From positions 158,897 through 200,938 of the forward strand of contig CAYHDI010000001.1 in NCBI GenBank assembly GCA_964355645.1: a stretch of 42,042 nt of DNA, written 5' to 3'. The position numbers and the translations under genes are program-made. The first letter of the stretch is position 1. The number at the start of each line of letters is the position of its first letter. The notes beneath the pieces are model-generated. The model did not search any database, had not been told where the DNA came from, and saw only the letters and a list, made by a program, of their open reading frames with translations. Positions 18,059 to 26,476 of this stretch are shown one piece after another. This DNA comes from an uncultured Candidatus Saccharibacteria bacterium. Its GTDB lineage: Bacteria > Patescibacteriota > Minisyncoccia > Phycocordibacterales > Zambryskibacteraceae.

Positions 18059-18427
18059 ATGAAAGAAGCGAAAGCCACATTATCAGATTACAGACAATCT
18101 CCCCGCAAAGTTCGCGGTGTGGTTAATATGATACGAGGCAAATCTATTTTGGAAGCTGAGAATCTTCTTTCGTTCGTACCGAAGCGTTCAGCTGGGCCGG
18201 TTCAGAAACTTCTCGCTTCGGCAGTAGCCAACGCGAAGAACCTTTCCATCCCTCTTGAAAATTTGATAGTGAAAAACATAAGCGTCGATGGTGGCAAGAT
18301 TCTTTATCGCCGATTACCGATGTCTAGGGGCCGAGCCTTCGTCATTCGAAAAAGAACAAGTCATGTGGGCTTGGTTTTGGGCGAGAAGTCGAAAGTCGAA
18401 AGTCGAAAGTCGAAAGTCAAAAAATAA
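18059..18427 (+). CDS. rplV: 50S ribosomal protein L22 (C-terminus from heptamer repeat)
   Basis: SPRKVR, SAVANA, RKRTSH. Confidence 0.98.
   Translation: MKEAKATLSDYRQSPRKVRGVVNMIRGKSILEAENLLSFVPKRSAGPVQKLLASAVANAKNLSIPLENLIVKNISVDGGKILYRRLPMSRGRAFVIRKRTSHVGLVLGEKSKVESRKSKVKK
18384..18420 (+). repeat. Tandem heptamer (CGAAAGT)n at the end of rplV
   Basis: AGAAGT CGAAAGT CGAAAGT CGAAAGT CGAAAGT CAA. Confidence 0.95.
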
Positions 18428-18431
18428 TTTT

Positions 18432-19109
18432 ATGTCACATACAGTTCATCCATATTCACATAGACTTGGAATCCTCCGCGACTGGAAGTCACGATGGTTT
18501 TCTCCGAAAGGCAAATACCAAGAAAATCTTCGTGGAGATATTTTGATACGTCGATTCCTCGAGAAGAAGCTCAAAGGATTTTATATGGCCGATCTTGAAA
18601 TCGAGAGAAGCGAGAAGGCTCTTCGAGTGATTGTTTCAACTTCACGCCCCGGTATGATTATCGGTCGAAGCGGAGACGGTTCGCAGAAACTCTTGATTGA
18701 AATCAAAAAACTTTTGGCCAAACACAAACTACTTAATCCGAAAGTGGAAGTGAAGCTTGATATCAAAGAAATCAAATCTCCAGAATCGAATGCAACGATT
18801 GTGGCTCAGATGGTGGTGGAAGGACTTGAGAAACGATTGCCTTTCCGCCGAGTGGCGAAGTCTACCTTGGAGAAAGTGATGGCCAACCGCGATGTTTTAG
18901 GAGTTCGATTGTTCCTCGCTGGACGACTCGGTGGAGCGACCATGAGCCGTACGGAAGATCGTCACCTCGGACGAATTCCACTTCAAACTTTCCGTGCAGA
19001 TGTGGATTATTGTTCAACCAAAGCGATTATGCCTTATGGGACAATAGGCGTGAAAGTTTGGATTTACAAGGGAGATATTTTCGAGAAAGACGCCAAAGCT
19101 CAAAAATAA
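18432..19109 (+). CDS. rpsC: 30S ribosomal protein S3
   Basis: Start MSHTVHP at 18432; RPGMIIG, GRIPLQT, YGTIGVKVWIY. Confidence 0.98.
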   Translation: MSHTVHPYSHRLGILRDWKSRWFSPKGKYQENLRGDILIRRFLEKKLKGFYMADLEIERSEKALRVIVSTSRPGMIIGRSGDGSQKLLIEIKKLLAKHKLLNPKVEVKLDIKEIKSPESNATIVAQMVVEGLEKRLPFRRVAKSTLEKVMANRDVLGVRLFLAGRLGGATMSRTEDRHLGRIPLQTFRADVDYCSTKAIMPYGTIGVKVWIYKGDIFEKDAKAQK

Positions 19110-19126
19110 TTTATTAATCCACTACC

Positions 19127-19546
19127 ATGCTGTTTCCTAAAAAAGTTAAATATCGAAAGTGGCACACGATGAGGAAGAATCCTCTGAAGGTGGGACCAGC
19201 CACTCGGGGAGTAACTGTGGCTTTCGGTTCGTTCGGACTCAAAGCTCTCGCACCCGTTCGCATTCGTTCAAATCAAATTGAAGCAGCGAGGAAAGTTCTT
19301 TCTCGTTCGATAGGCAAGACTGGTCGTCTCTGGATTCGTATTTTCCCAGACATGCCTTATACTTCGAAGCCAGCCGAAGTGAAGCTCGGGAAGGGCAAAG
19401 GGGATTTGCAAGGCTATGTGGCTCCAGTTCGCGCCGGGACAGTGATTTTCGAGGTAGATGGAGTGACCGATGTGATGGCCAAGGAGGCTCTTCGAAAGGC
19501 CGGCACCAAACTTCCGGTGAAGACTAAAATTGTTGCTCGAATTTAG
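19127..19546 (+). CDS. rplP: 50S ribosomal protein L16
   Basis: QIEAAR, WIRIFPD, GKGKG. Confidence 0.99.
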   Translation: MLFPKKVKYRKWHTMRKNPLKVGPATRGVTVAFGSFGLKALAPVRIRSNQIEAARKVLSRSIGKTGRLWIRIFPDMPYTSKPAEVKLGKGKGDLQGYVAPVRAGTVIFEVDGVTDVMAKEALRKAGTKLPVKTKIVARI

Positions 19547-19573
19547 TTCGGCAAGCTCACCATAAATAAATTT

Positions 19574-19759
19574 ATGAAAAAAACTTCTTACCTCGGACAA
19601 TCTGCACAAGATTTGAAAAAAGCTCTCACTGAGAAGAGGACTGCTCTTCGAGATTTCAGATTTGGTTCAGCTGGTTCGAAAGCGAGAAATGTGAAGGAAG
19701 GAAGCAAGCACAAGAAAGATATTGCTCGTATTCTCACTGAACTTCATAAACACAAATAA
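19574..19759 (+). CDS. rpmC: 50S ribosomal protein L29
   Basis: [15 protein letters not shown]; position between rplP and rpsQ. Confidence 0.93.
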   Translation: MKKTSYLGQSAQDLKKALTEKRTALRDFRFGSAGSKARNVKEGSKHKKDIARILTELHKHK

Positions 19760-19760
19760 T

Positions 19761-20033
19761 ATGAAAAATATGAAAAAAGAAATAACTCCGCCAACTGGCG
19801 GAAAGAAGGGGAAGGTTCTCTCGGGAACAGTCGTCTCGAACAAAATGAAGGACACGGTAGTGGTCTTGGTTGAGCGCTATGAAAAGCATCCGAAGTATGA
19901 CAAGTTCATTAAGTACAAGAAAAAGTTTAAAGCTCACGACGCTGGTAATACTGCCAAGATTGGTGATAGAGTATCAATTATCGAAACAAGACCAATTTCG
20001 AAGGATAAACATTTTAGATTAATTACTAATTAG
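19761..20033 (+). CDS. rpsQ: 30S ribosomal protein S17
   Basis: [24 protein letters not shown]; start at 19761 or 19770. Confidence 0.98.
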   Translation: MKNMKKEITPPTGGKKGKVLSGTVVSNKMKDTVVVLVERYEKHPKYDKFIKYKKKFKAHDAGNTAKIGDRVSIIETRPISKDKHFRLITN

Positions 20034-20050
20034 TAATTACTAATTTCTAA
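20020..20050 (+). repeat. Tandem heptamer (TAATTAC-like) at rpsQ/rplN junction
   Basis: TAATTAC TAATTAG TAATTAC TAATTTC TAA. Confidence 0.85.
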
Positions 20051-20054
20051 AAAC

Positions 20055-20426
20055 ATGATTCAACCTCGTACTATAGTTCAAATCGCTGACAACTCCGGAG
20101 GCAAAATCGGTCGTATTTTCAAAGTGCTTGGGAGTTCAAAGAAACGCTATGCAGGGATTGGTGATGTGGTTGTCCTCTCGGTCCAGAAGGCTGAACCCAG
20201 AAAGACTGTGAAGAAGAAAGATATTCTCTACGCCGTGGTGGTGAGACAGGTGGCTCCCTTTCGTCGAGCCGATGGTTCGTATTTGAGATTTGATGAAAAT
20301 GCTGTGGTGATTCTTGATAAAGCCAAGAAAGAACCTCAGGCTGGGCGTGTTTTCGGACCGATTCCTCGAGAAATTGGTGAGAAAGGCTTCCAGAAAATTA
20401 TTTCCTTAGCCCCAGAAGTGGTTTAA
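20055..20426 (+). CDS. rplN: 50S ribosomal protein L14
   Basis: ADNSG, RFDENAVV, RVFGPIPRE. Confidence 0.99.
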   Translation: MIQPRTIVQIADNSGGKIGRIFKVLGSSKKRYAGIGDVVVLSVQKAEPRKTVKKKDILYAVVVRQVAPFRRADGSYLRFDENAVVILDKAKKEPQAGRVFGPIPREIGEKGFQKIISLAPEVV

Positions 20427-20435
20427 TTTAAATAT

Positions 20436-20654
20436 ATGCACGTAAAAAAGGGAGACAACATCATAGTGCTTTCAGGAAAAGACAAAGGCAAGTCCGGGAA
20501 GATTTTGAAATCTATACCAAAGGAAATGAAAGTGATTGTCGAGGGTGTGAACATGCGGAAAGTTCACGAGAAGCCAAAGAAACGAGATGGCAAGGGGCAA
20601 ATCATTGAGAAAGCGATGCCGATTTATGCTTCGACCGTTAAATTGGTCAAATAA
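20436..20654 (+). CDS. rplX: 50S ribosomal protein L24 (short form)
   Basis: KKGD.IIVLSGKDKGK KOW motif, VEGVN. Confidence 0.97.
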   Translation: MHVKKGDNIIVLSGKDKGKSGKILKSIPKEMKVIVEGVNMRKVHEKPKKRDGKGQIIEKAMPIYASTVKLVK

Positions 20655-20682
20655 ATAGTTCGATAAACTCACTATAAGCAAA

Positions 20683-21216
20683 ATGGAAAATCTAAAAACA
20701 AAAATCAATAATGCGTTCAAAGCTCTGAAAGAAAGTCAGGGTTATAAGAACAAGATGCAGACACCGAAAATCATGAAGGTGGTGATTTCGGCCGGGGTTG
20801 GTTCGTTCAAAGACAAGAACAAGATGAAAGTTGTTGAAGATCGTCTCGCTCGCATCACTGGGCAGAAAGCCTCGGCTCGCGGAGCGAAGGTGGCTATTGC
20901 CAATTTCAAATCAAGACAAGGAGACATCATCGGCTATCAAGTCACTCTCCGTGGAAATAGAATGTATGATTTCCTTGAAAGGTTGATTCACATTTCTCTC
21001 CCTCGAACCAAGGACTTTCGGGGTATCAATCGAACCTCTGCAGATGAGATGGGGAACTATACCTTAGGCATCAAAGAACACAACATTTTCCCTGAAACCG
21101 CCGATGAAGAATTGAAGGACGTTTTCGGCCTGGCCATCACTATTGTCACTTCTGCCAAATCCAAATCCGAAGTTGTCGCGTTTCTAGAATATCTTGGGTT
21201 TCCGTTTAAGAAATAG
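20683..21216 (+). CDS. rplE: 50S ribosomal protein L5
   Basis: ITGQK, VTLRG, PRTKDFRG, GNYTLGIKE. Confidence 0.99.
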   Translation: MENLKTKINNAFKALKESQGYKNKMQTPKIMKVVISAGVGSFKDKNKMKVVEDRLARITGQKASARGAKVAIANFKSRQGDIIGYQVTLRGNRMYDFLERLIHISLPRTKDFRGINRTSADEMGNYTLGIKEHNIFPETADEELKDVFGLAITIVTSAKSKSEVVAFLEYLGFPFKK

Positions 21217-21230
21217 GGTATAATTGGTAT

Positions 21231-21755
21231 ATGAAAAAAATTATTGTTTGGGCCATTATAATAATTGTAATTTTAGGCGCCGGATATTGGATTTATAGTT
21301 CAAAAAATCAAATTCAAAAATCAGAAGCTATTGTCGATGCTATTAATAACCAAATAACAAATCCTCTAAATCCCAACGAAATAATTGAAACCAAATATGA
21401 AGCCTTAGGTCCAATTGATTCAAAAGGAAGGTTTGATACAAAAATAAGTTTATATTCAAAATCAAAAGATTCCGGAATAATGACTGTATTATTGGAAGAA
21501 TCAGCCAGCGAACACCCAAAGAATTATGTTTACGACATCCTTGGTACTCAAGGAACAAAACTAATATTTAATTACCATATGCTTGAAGCTGAAGGCCCGT
21601 GTTTTAGAGCTTGGTTGACTACACTTACACCGATTAAATATATAGATTTATCGGATAAAAAGTTGATAGTCAAAGACTATCCTGTTTCTGCAGAAAAAAT
21701 AGCAAAAGAGAAAGAATTGTTTAATCAGTGCGAAAAAGACACATTTGGGAATTAG
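21231..21755 (+). CDS. Hypothetical membrane-anchored/secreted protein
   Basis: MKK plus one hydrophobic helix; AT-rich; leaderless TATAAT. Confidence 0.75.
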   Translation: MKKIIVWAIIIIVILGAGYWIYSSKNQIQKSEAIVDAINNQITNPLNPNEIIETKYEALGPIDSKGRFDTKISLYSKSKDSGIMTVLLEESASEHPKNYVYDILGTQGTKLIFNYHMLEAEGPCFRAWLTTLTPIKYIDLSDKKLIVKDYPVSAEKIAKEKELFNQCEKDTFGN

Positions 21756-21763
21756 GGTTTTGA

Positions 21764-21786
21764 TTAGCAAGAACCATTTTTGCTAT
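21764..21786. repeat. Second copy of the TTAGCAAGAA-n3-TTCTTGCTAA palindrome
   Basis: 20/23 identical to 10961-10983. Confidence 0.8.
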
Positions 21787-21835
21787 TCACATTCATAAAC
21801 TTGACGTATATACTTTAGTTATATAATATATACAC

Positions 21836-22072
21836 ATGGTAGAACAAGTAATATTCAAAATTGATAAGGGGCTCAAGGTTCGGGCAATGAAGAAGGCCAA
21901 ATTGGAAGGTCTGTCCTTTTCGGCTGTGCTAAAGACCGCAACTCAAGCATATGTAGACAACGAGTTTGATGTGGGATTGAACTATAGCCCTAAACTAATT
22001 AGAGATTTGCGTAGAGCGCGAAAAGAACCAACAATAAGAGGCAACCTAAACGACCTCATAAAGAAATACTAA
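21836..22072 (+). CDS. Ribbon-helix-helix antitoxin (RelB/DinJ-like)
   Basis: VIFKIDKGLK..AKLEGLSFSAVL; abuts RelE-like gene. Confidence 0.75.
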   Translation: MVEQVIFKIDKGLKVRAMKKAKLEGLSFSAVLKTATQAYVDNEFDVGLNYSPKLIRDLRRARKEPTIRGNLNDLIKKY

Positions 22073-22333
22073 ATGTTAAGGATTTCCTTTAAATCCTCCT
22101 TCATAAGACAGGCCAAGAAGCTTGATGAGGAAACTTACAAAGAGCTATTGGAGAGCCTCAAACTCTTTAAAGACAGAGAAAATCATAAATTCTTAAAAGT
22201 TCACAAACTTCATGGTGAATTTTATGACTGCTACGGTTTTTCGATTACTCACAAAATAAGGGTGATTTTTTCTTACGAATCGAGCACTGAAGTAGTGCTA
22301 TGGGCCATCGGCGATCATGGTATTTATAAGTAA
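22073..22333 (+). CDS. RelE/ParE-superfamily (YafQ-like) toxin
   Basis: SFIRQAKKL, LKVHKLHG, RVIF, IGDHGIY. Confidence 0.88.
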   Translation: MLRISFKSSFIRQAKKLDEETYKELLESLKLFKDRENHKFLKVHKLHGEFYDCYGFSITHKIRVIFSYESSTEVVLWAIGDHGIYK

Positions 22334-22426
22334 AATCGTCATTCTTACTCTCAAATTATAAGGTTTGACAATAAAGGGCTTTGTGATAAGCTGAGTACCT
22401 AGCTTTTCGAAGCTTTTTTCGTAAAT

Positions 22427-22612
22427 ATGGCCAAAACATCAGTCGTAGCACGCTCAAAAAAGAAACCCAAGTTCAGCACTCGGGCTACTCACCGTTGCTT
22501 CAAATGTGGTCGAGGACGGGGCTATATGCGGGATTTCGACCTTTGCCGAATCTGTTTTAGAGAAATGGCGAATGAGGGCAAAATCCCTGGAGTGAAGAAG
22601 TCGTCATGGTAG
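22427..22612 (+). CDS. rpsZ: 30S ribosomal protein S14, Zn-binding type Z
   Basis: RCFKCGR...LCRICFRE; 61 aa. Confidence 0.98.
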   Translation: MAKTSVVARSKKKPKFSTRATHRCFKCGRGRGYMRDFDLCRICFREMANEGKIPGVKKSSW

Positions 22613-22644
22613 TTCGACTACGCTCACTATAAATAATTCATCAA

Positions 22645-23031
22645 ATGGATCAAATCGCAAACATGATTATAGGACTCAAGAACGCAGGCAACGCCGGTAG
22701 AAATACTGTGGCTCTTCCATACTCAAAAATCAAAGAAAACATCGCGAATGTCTTGAAGAAAGAAGGATTCATCAAAAGCGCCGAGAAGAAAATGGTCGGA
22801 GGCAAATCCACACTCGTTGTTAACCTTCTCTTGGAAAACCGCATTCCGAAAATAAAGGGCGTTAGCCGAATTTCCAAAACGAGCAAACGTGTTTACAAGA
22901 AATCTTCAGAAATTCGTTTGGTGAAGAATGGCTACGGCGCAGTGGTGCTCTCAACCCCGAAAGGAATTTTGAGTGGCCGTGATGCTCGCAAGGAGAAAGT
23001 CGGCGGAGAAATTCTTTTCACTATTTGGTAG
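22645..23031 (+). CDS. rpsH: 30S ribosomal protein S8
   Basis: DQIANM, LKKEGFI, STPKG, VGGE. Confidence 0.98.
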   Translation: MDQIANMIIGLKNAGNAGRNTVALPYSKIKENIANVLKKEGFIKSAEKKMVGGKSTLVVNLLLENRIPKIKGVSRISKTSKRVYKKSSEIRLVKNGYGAVVLSTPKGILSGRDARKEKVGGEILFTIW

Positions 23032-23059
23032 TTCAAATTCTTCACTATAAATAAAATTT

Positions 23060-23593
23060 ATGTCACGCATAGGAAAACAAATCATTAATCTTCCAGAGAA
23101 AACCGAGATTACTATCTCGGCGGATAGAGTGTCGATCAAAGGACCTTTGGGTGAACTTTCTCTCAAAATCGATCCTATCATTGAGATCAAACTTGATGGA
23201 CGCGATGTGACTGTGGTTCCAAAGCGTATGACTCTTGAATCACGAGCCCTCTGGGGAACTTATGCTTCACATTTGAAAAATATGGTCGCGGGTGTGAATA
23301 AACCTTTCGAGAAGAAACTTATTCTCGAAGGAATTGGTTTTAAATCTGAAGTGAAAGGGGATAAAATTGTTTTCGCCCTTGGATTTTCTCATCCGGTTAA
23401 CATTGAAATCCCAAAAGATTTGAAAGTGACTGCAGAAAAAAATATCATCACTGTTTCAGGCCCGAGCAAAGAATTGGTCGGAGAATTTACAGCCAAGCTT
23501 CGTGCTTTGAAAAAGCCAGAGCCGTACAAAGGCAAGGGTATGAGATATGATACAGAAGTGATTAAGCGCAAACAGGGCAAGAAATCCGCCTAG
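23060..23593 (+). CDS. rplF: 50S ribosomal protein L6
   Basis: MSRIGK, LGFSHP, PEPYKGKG. Confidence 0.99.
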   Translation: MSRIGKQIINLPEKTEITISADRVSIKGPLGELSLKIDPIIEIKLDGRDVTVVPKRMTLESRALWGTYASHLKNMVAGVNKPFEKKLILEGIGFKSEVKGDKIVFALGFSHPVNIEIPKDLKVTAEKNIITVSGPSKELVGEFTAKLRALKKPEPYKGKGMRYDTEVIKRKQGKKSA

Positions 23594-23621
23594 TTCGACA
23601 AGCTCACTACAAACAAACAAC

Positions 23622-23936
23622 ATGACCACCAACAAAGAAAAACGAGATAGAAACCACAAGAAAATCCGAGCGAGGATTTCCGGCACCTCGAAGCGCCCTA
23701 GACTTTCTGTTTTCAAATCAAATGTTGCCTTATATGTTCAACTCATTGATGATGAAAATGGGAAGACTCTCGCGCAAGCGAAGGGTAAGGATCCAAAAAA
23801 AGTTGGTGCGGAAATTGCCAAACTCGGTTTGGTGAAGAAAATTAATCATATAGTTTTCGATCGAGGCGGATATATTTATACAGGCAAGATCGAAGCTTTG
23901 GCTAACGCAGCTCGAGAAGGAGGACTTAAATTCTAA
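23622..23936 (+). CDS. rplR: 50S ribosomal protein L18
   Basis: RPRLSVFKSN, VFDRGGY, AREGGLKF. Confidence 0.98.
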   Translation: MTTNKEKRDRNHKKIRARISGTSKRPRLSVFKSNVALYVQLIDDENGKTLAQAKGKDPKKVGAEIAKLGLVKKINHIVFDRGGYIYTGKIEALANAAREGGLKF

Positions 23937-23939
23937 AAC

Positions 23940-24575
23940 ATGGACGAAACAACAAAAACAATTCCAGAAATCATACTCCCGACGGACAAAGTCGTCGGGA
24001 CTCCGACCCCTGCGGGCGGCGGAGCGGCTCAAAACACCCGTCCACAATCTCGTGATACACGTGGAGATAGTCACGGTGGAAGAAAACCAAACCGTCGTGG
24101 ACCTCGTCGCGATGCTCGAACTAAACCCGAATTCGATCAGAAAATTGTCAGCCTCAGACGCGTGACCCGTGTGACTTCCGGAGGCCGAAGATTTGCTTTC
24201 TCCGTTTGTGTTGTGGCCGGCAACAGAAAAGGAAGTGTTGGAGTAGGACTCGGGAAGGCCGGAGATACTCCTTTGGCCATCGAGAAAGCTTTTCGTGATG
24301 CGAAGAAAAACATGATTGTGGTGAACACGACGAAGAACATGTCTATTCCTCATGAGATTGAAGCCAAGTTCTCTGCTTCGAGAGTGGTTATCAGGCCGGC
24401 TCCAGGCAAAGGAATTCTCGCCGGAAGTTCTGTGCGTACCGTTTTGGAATTGGCTGGTCTTCGAGAAGTGTCGGCTAAGCTTCTCTCAAGAAGCAAGAAC
24501 GGGATGAACAACGCTGAAGCCGCCATTTCCGCCCTCAAACAACTCGAACGTACCAAGATAAGACATTCAAAATAG
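23940..24575 (+). CDS. rpsE: 30S ribosomal protein S5 with long N-terminal extension
   Basis: RVTRVTSGGR, VGVGLGKA, PAPGKG. Confidence 0.98.
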   Translation: MDETTKTIPEIILPTDKVVGTPTPAGGGAAQNTRPQSRDTRGDSHGGRKPNRRGPRRDARTKPEFDQKIVSLRRVTRVTSGGRRFAFSVCVVAGNRKGSVGVGLGKAGDTPLAIEKAFRDAKKNMIVVNTTKNMSIPHEIEAKFSASRVVIRPAPGKGILAGSSVRTVLELAGLREVSAKLLSRSKNGMNNAEAAISALKQLERTKIRHSK

Positions 24576-24602
24576 TTCGATTAACTCACTATAAATAATT
24601 TT

Positions 24603-25040
24603 ATGCAACTTCACACTCTTAAGGCGAAAACGAAGCGTGTACTCTCCAAACAGGTTGGGCGTGGTGGTACTCGGGGCAAAACTTCCGGTCGAGGAACGAA
24701 GGGTCAGAATGCTCGTGCCGGACACAAGAATCGTCCTGAACTTCGAGACTTCATAAAGCGCTTCCCCAAACTTCGTGGACGCGGAGTTTCACCTTTCAAA
24801 TCCAAGCAGACCAAACCGTTTGTACTCAATCTTGGCTCAATAGACAAAGCTTTTAAGGCAGGCGAAGTGGTTAACCCAAAATCACTTTTGGAGAACAAAG
24901 TTGTCTCATCGAAGAATGCTTCTTCTAAAATTAAAATTCTTGGCACTGGCGAATTAACCAAGGCCCTTTCATTTGAAGGATTGATTGTTTCCAAAAGTGC
25001 AGAGAAGAAAATTGTTTCTGCGGGTGGTAAAATAAAATAG
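24603..25040 (+). CDS. rplO: 50S ribosomal protein L15
   Basis: GRGGTRGKTSGRGTKGQNAR, KILGTG. Confidence 0.98.
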   Translation: MQLHTLKAKTKRVLSKQVGRGGTRGKTSGRGTKGQNARAGHKNRPELRDFIKRFPKLRGRGVSPFKSKQTKPFVLNLGSIDKAFKAGEVVNPKSLLENKVVSSKNASSKIKILGTGELTKALSFEGLIVSKSAEKKIVSAGGKIK

Positions 25041-25064
25041 TTCGATATACTCACTATAAATAAC

Positions 25065-26336
25065 ATGAAAGAGTTTAGTTCTAAACTTAGATTAATTTTC
25101 GGAGATACAATTCTTCGAAAGAGAATTCTCATCACTCTTGGGCTTTTGGTTATTTCCAGAATCTTAGCTGTTATTCCAATTCCGGGGATTGATTCGGATC
25201 ATCTTCAAGCTTTGTTTTCAGGTAATCAATTTTTAAGCTTGTTAAATGTTTTCTCTGGTGGTGGTCTTTCTAATCTCTCAATCGTGATGCTCGGAGTAGG
25301 TCCGTACATCACGGGCTCGATTATTATGCAACTTTTGACTTTGATGGTTCCAAAGTTAAAAGCCATGTATCAAGAAGAAGGGGATGCCGGTCGTCGAAGA
25401 TTTACTCAGTACTCTCGTCTTTTGACTGTACCCCTTGCGCTTCTTCAAGGTTTCGCTTTCATTACTCTCTTTCAAAAACAATCAGTGCTTGGAATTTTGA
25501 GCCCTTCACAACTCTTCGTTGATTTGATGATTATTACGGCTGGTTCGATGCTTCTTGTTTGGGTTGGAGAACTGATTTCTGAATTCGGTGCAGGCAATGG
25601 CGTTTCTCTTATCATTTTTGCTGGTATCGTCTCAAGTTTGCCGACGAACATTGGACAATTGATTTTCACTTTTGATTTGGCTCAACTTCCGGTTTACCTC
25701 GTTTCCATTGCTCTCATCCTTATAGTTATCTTTGGAGTAGTATTTGTGACCGAGGCTGAACGTCCAATCCCAGTGACTTATGCCAAACAGATTCGAGGCG
25801 GAAATATTTCCGGCGGGGTTTCCACCTATCTTCCACTTAGAGTAAACCAAGCTGGTGTGATTCCGATTATCTTCGCCCTCTCGATTCTTCTTTTCCCTCA
25901 AATGATTTTGCAATTTCTCACTACAGCGAAGATTGTGGCTGTCGCCAACATATCAACCTCGCTTCTGGCCATTGTGAACAACCAATGGTTTTATGGTGTG
26001 GCTTACTTCGTCTTAGTTGTTCTTTTCACCTATTTCTACACCGCTATCACCTTCGATCCTGATCAGATAGCCACGAATCTTCAGAAATCTGGAGCCTTTA
26101 TTCCCGGGGTTCGTCCGGGGGATTCTACCTCCCAACACATCTCAAGGATTTTGACTCGTCTCACTCTTGTTGGAGCACTTTTCCTCGGAGCTATTGCTGT
26201 TCTGCCTTTGATTCTACGCGGAGTTACTGGTATTCAGTCTCTGGCCATAGGAGGAACAGCCCTTCTCATTGTTGTCTCAGTAGTTATAGACTTGGTGAAG
26301 AAAATCGATGCTCAAGTTTCCGCGAGAGAATACTAG
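25065..26336 (+). CDS. secY: Preprotein translocase subunit SecY
   Basis: LGVGPYITGSII, GNGVSLIIFAG, AGVIPIIFA, IPGVRPG. Confidence 0.99.
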   Translation: MKEFSSKLRLIFGDTILRKRILITLGLLVISRILAVIPIPGIDSDHLQALFSGNQFLSLLNVFSGGGLSNLSIVMLGVGPYITGSIIMQLLTLMVPKLKAMYQEEGDAGRRRFTQYSRLLTVPLALLQGFAFITLFQKQSVLGILSPSQLFVDLMIITAGSMLLVWVGELISEFGAGNGVSLIIFAGIVSSLPTNIGQLIFTFDLAQLPVYLVSIALILIVIFGVVFVTEAERPIPVTYAKQIRGGNISGGVSTYLPLRVNQAGVIPIIFALSILLFPQMILQFLTTAKIVAVANISTSLLAIVNNQWFYGVAYFVLVVLFTYFYTAITFDPDQIATNLQKSGAFIPGVRPGDSTSQHISRILTRLTLVGALFLGAIAVLPLILRGVTGIQSLAIGGTALLIVVSVVIDLVKKIDAQVSAREY

Positions 26337-26476
26337 GTATTTTCTACTATTGGTTGTAAAATATCAGGGTTAAGCTTATAAACAGCCAGATTGCATTTAG
26401 GCCAAGCCTTTGATATAATAATGGCGTTAACCCCACTGCCTTCTTGGCGCAAGCCAGGACGGCAGTTGTGCTTTAT

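Larger units (their letters stand above)
19544..25060 (+). repeat. Seven dispersed copies of TAGT-TCGAY-n2/3-RCTC-ACTA-YAAR at ribosomal gene junctions (span of the family, not contiguous)
   Basis: Copies start at 19544, 20656, 22610, 23029, 23591, 24573, 25038. Confidence 0.92.

Noticed and set aside
24575-24603. Absence of rpmD (L30) between rpsE and rplO
   Set aside because: Real, but already known as a general CPR trait; used only as taxonomic evidence.
19544-25060. T7-like phage promoters (CTCACTATA within the junction element)
   Set aside because: Only the CTCACTATA part matches; the TAATACGA upstream part and GGG start are absent, and covarying copies in the RNase gene lose this sequence.
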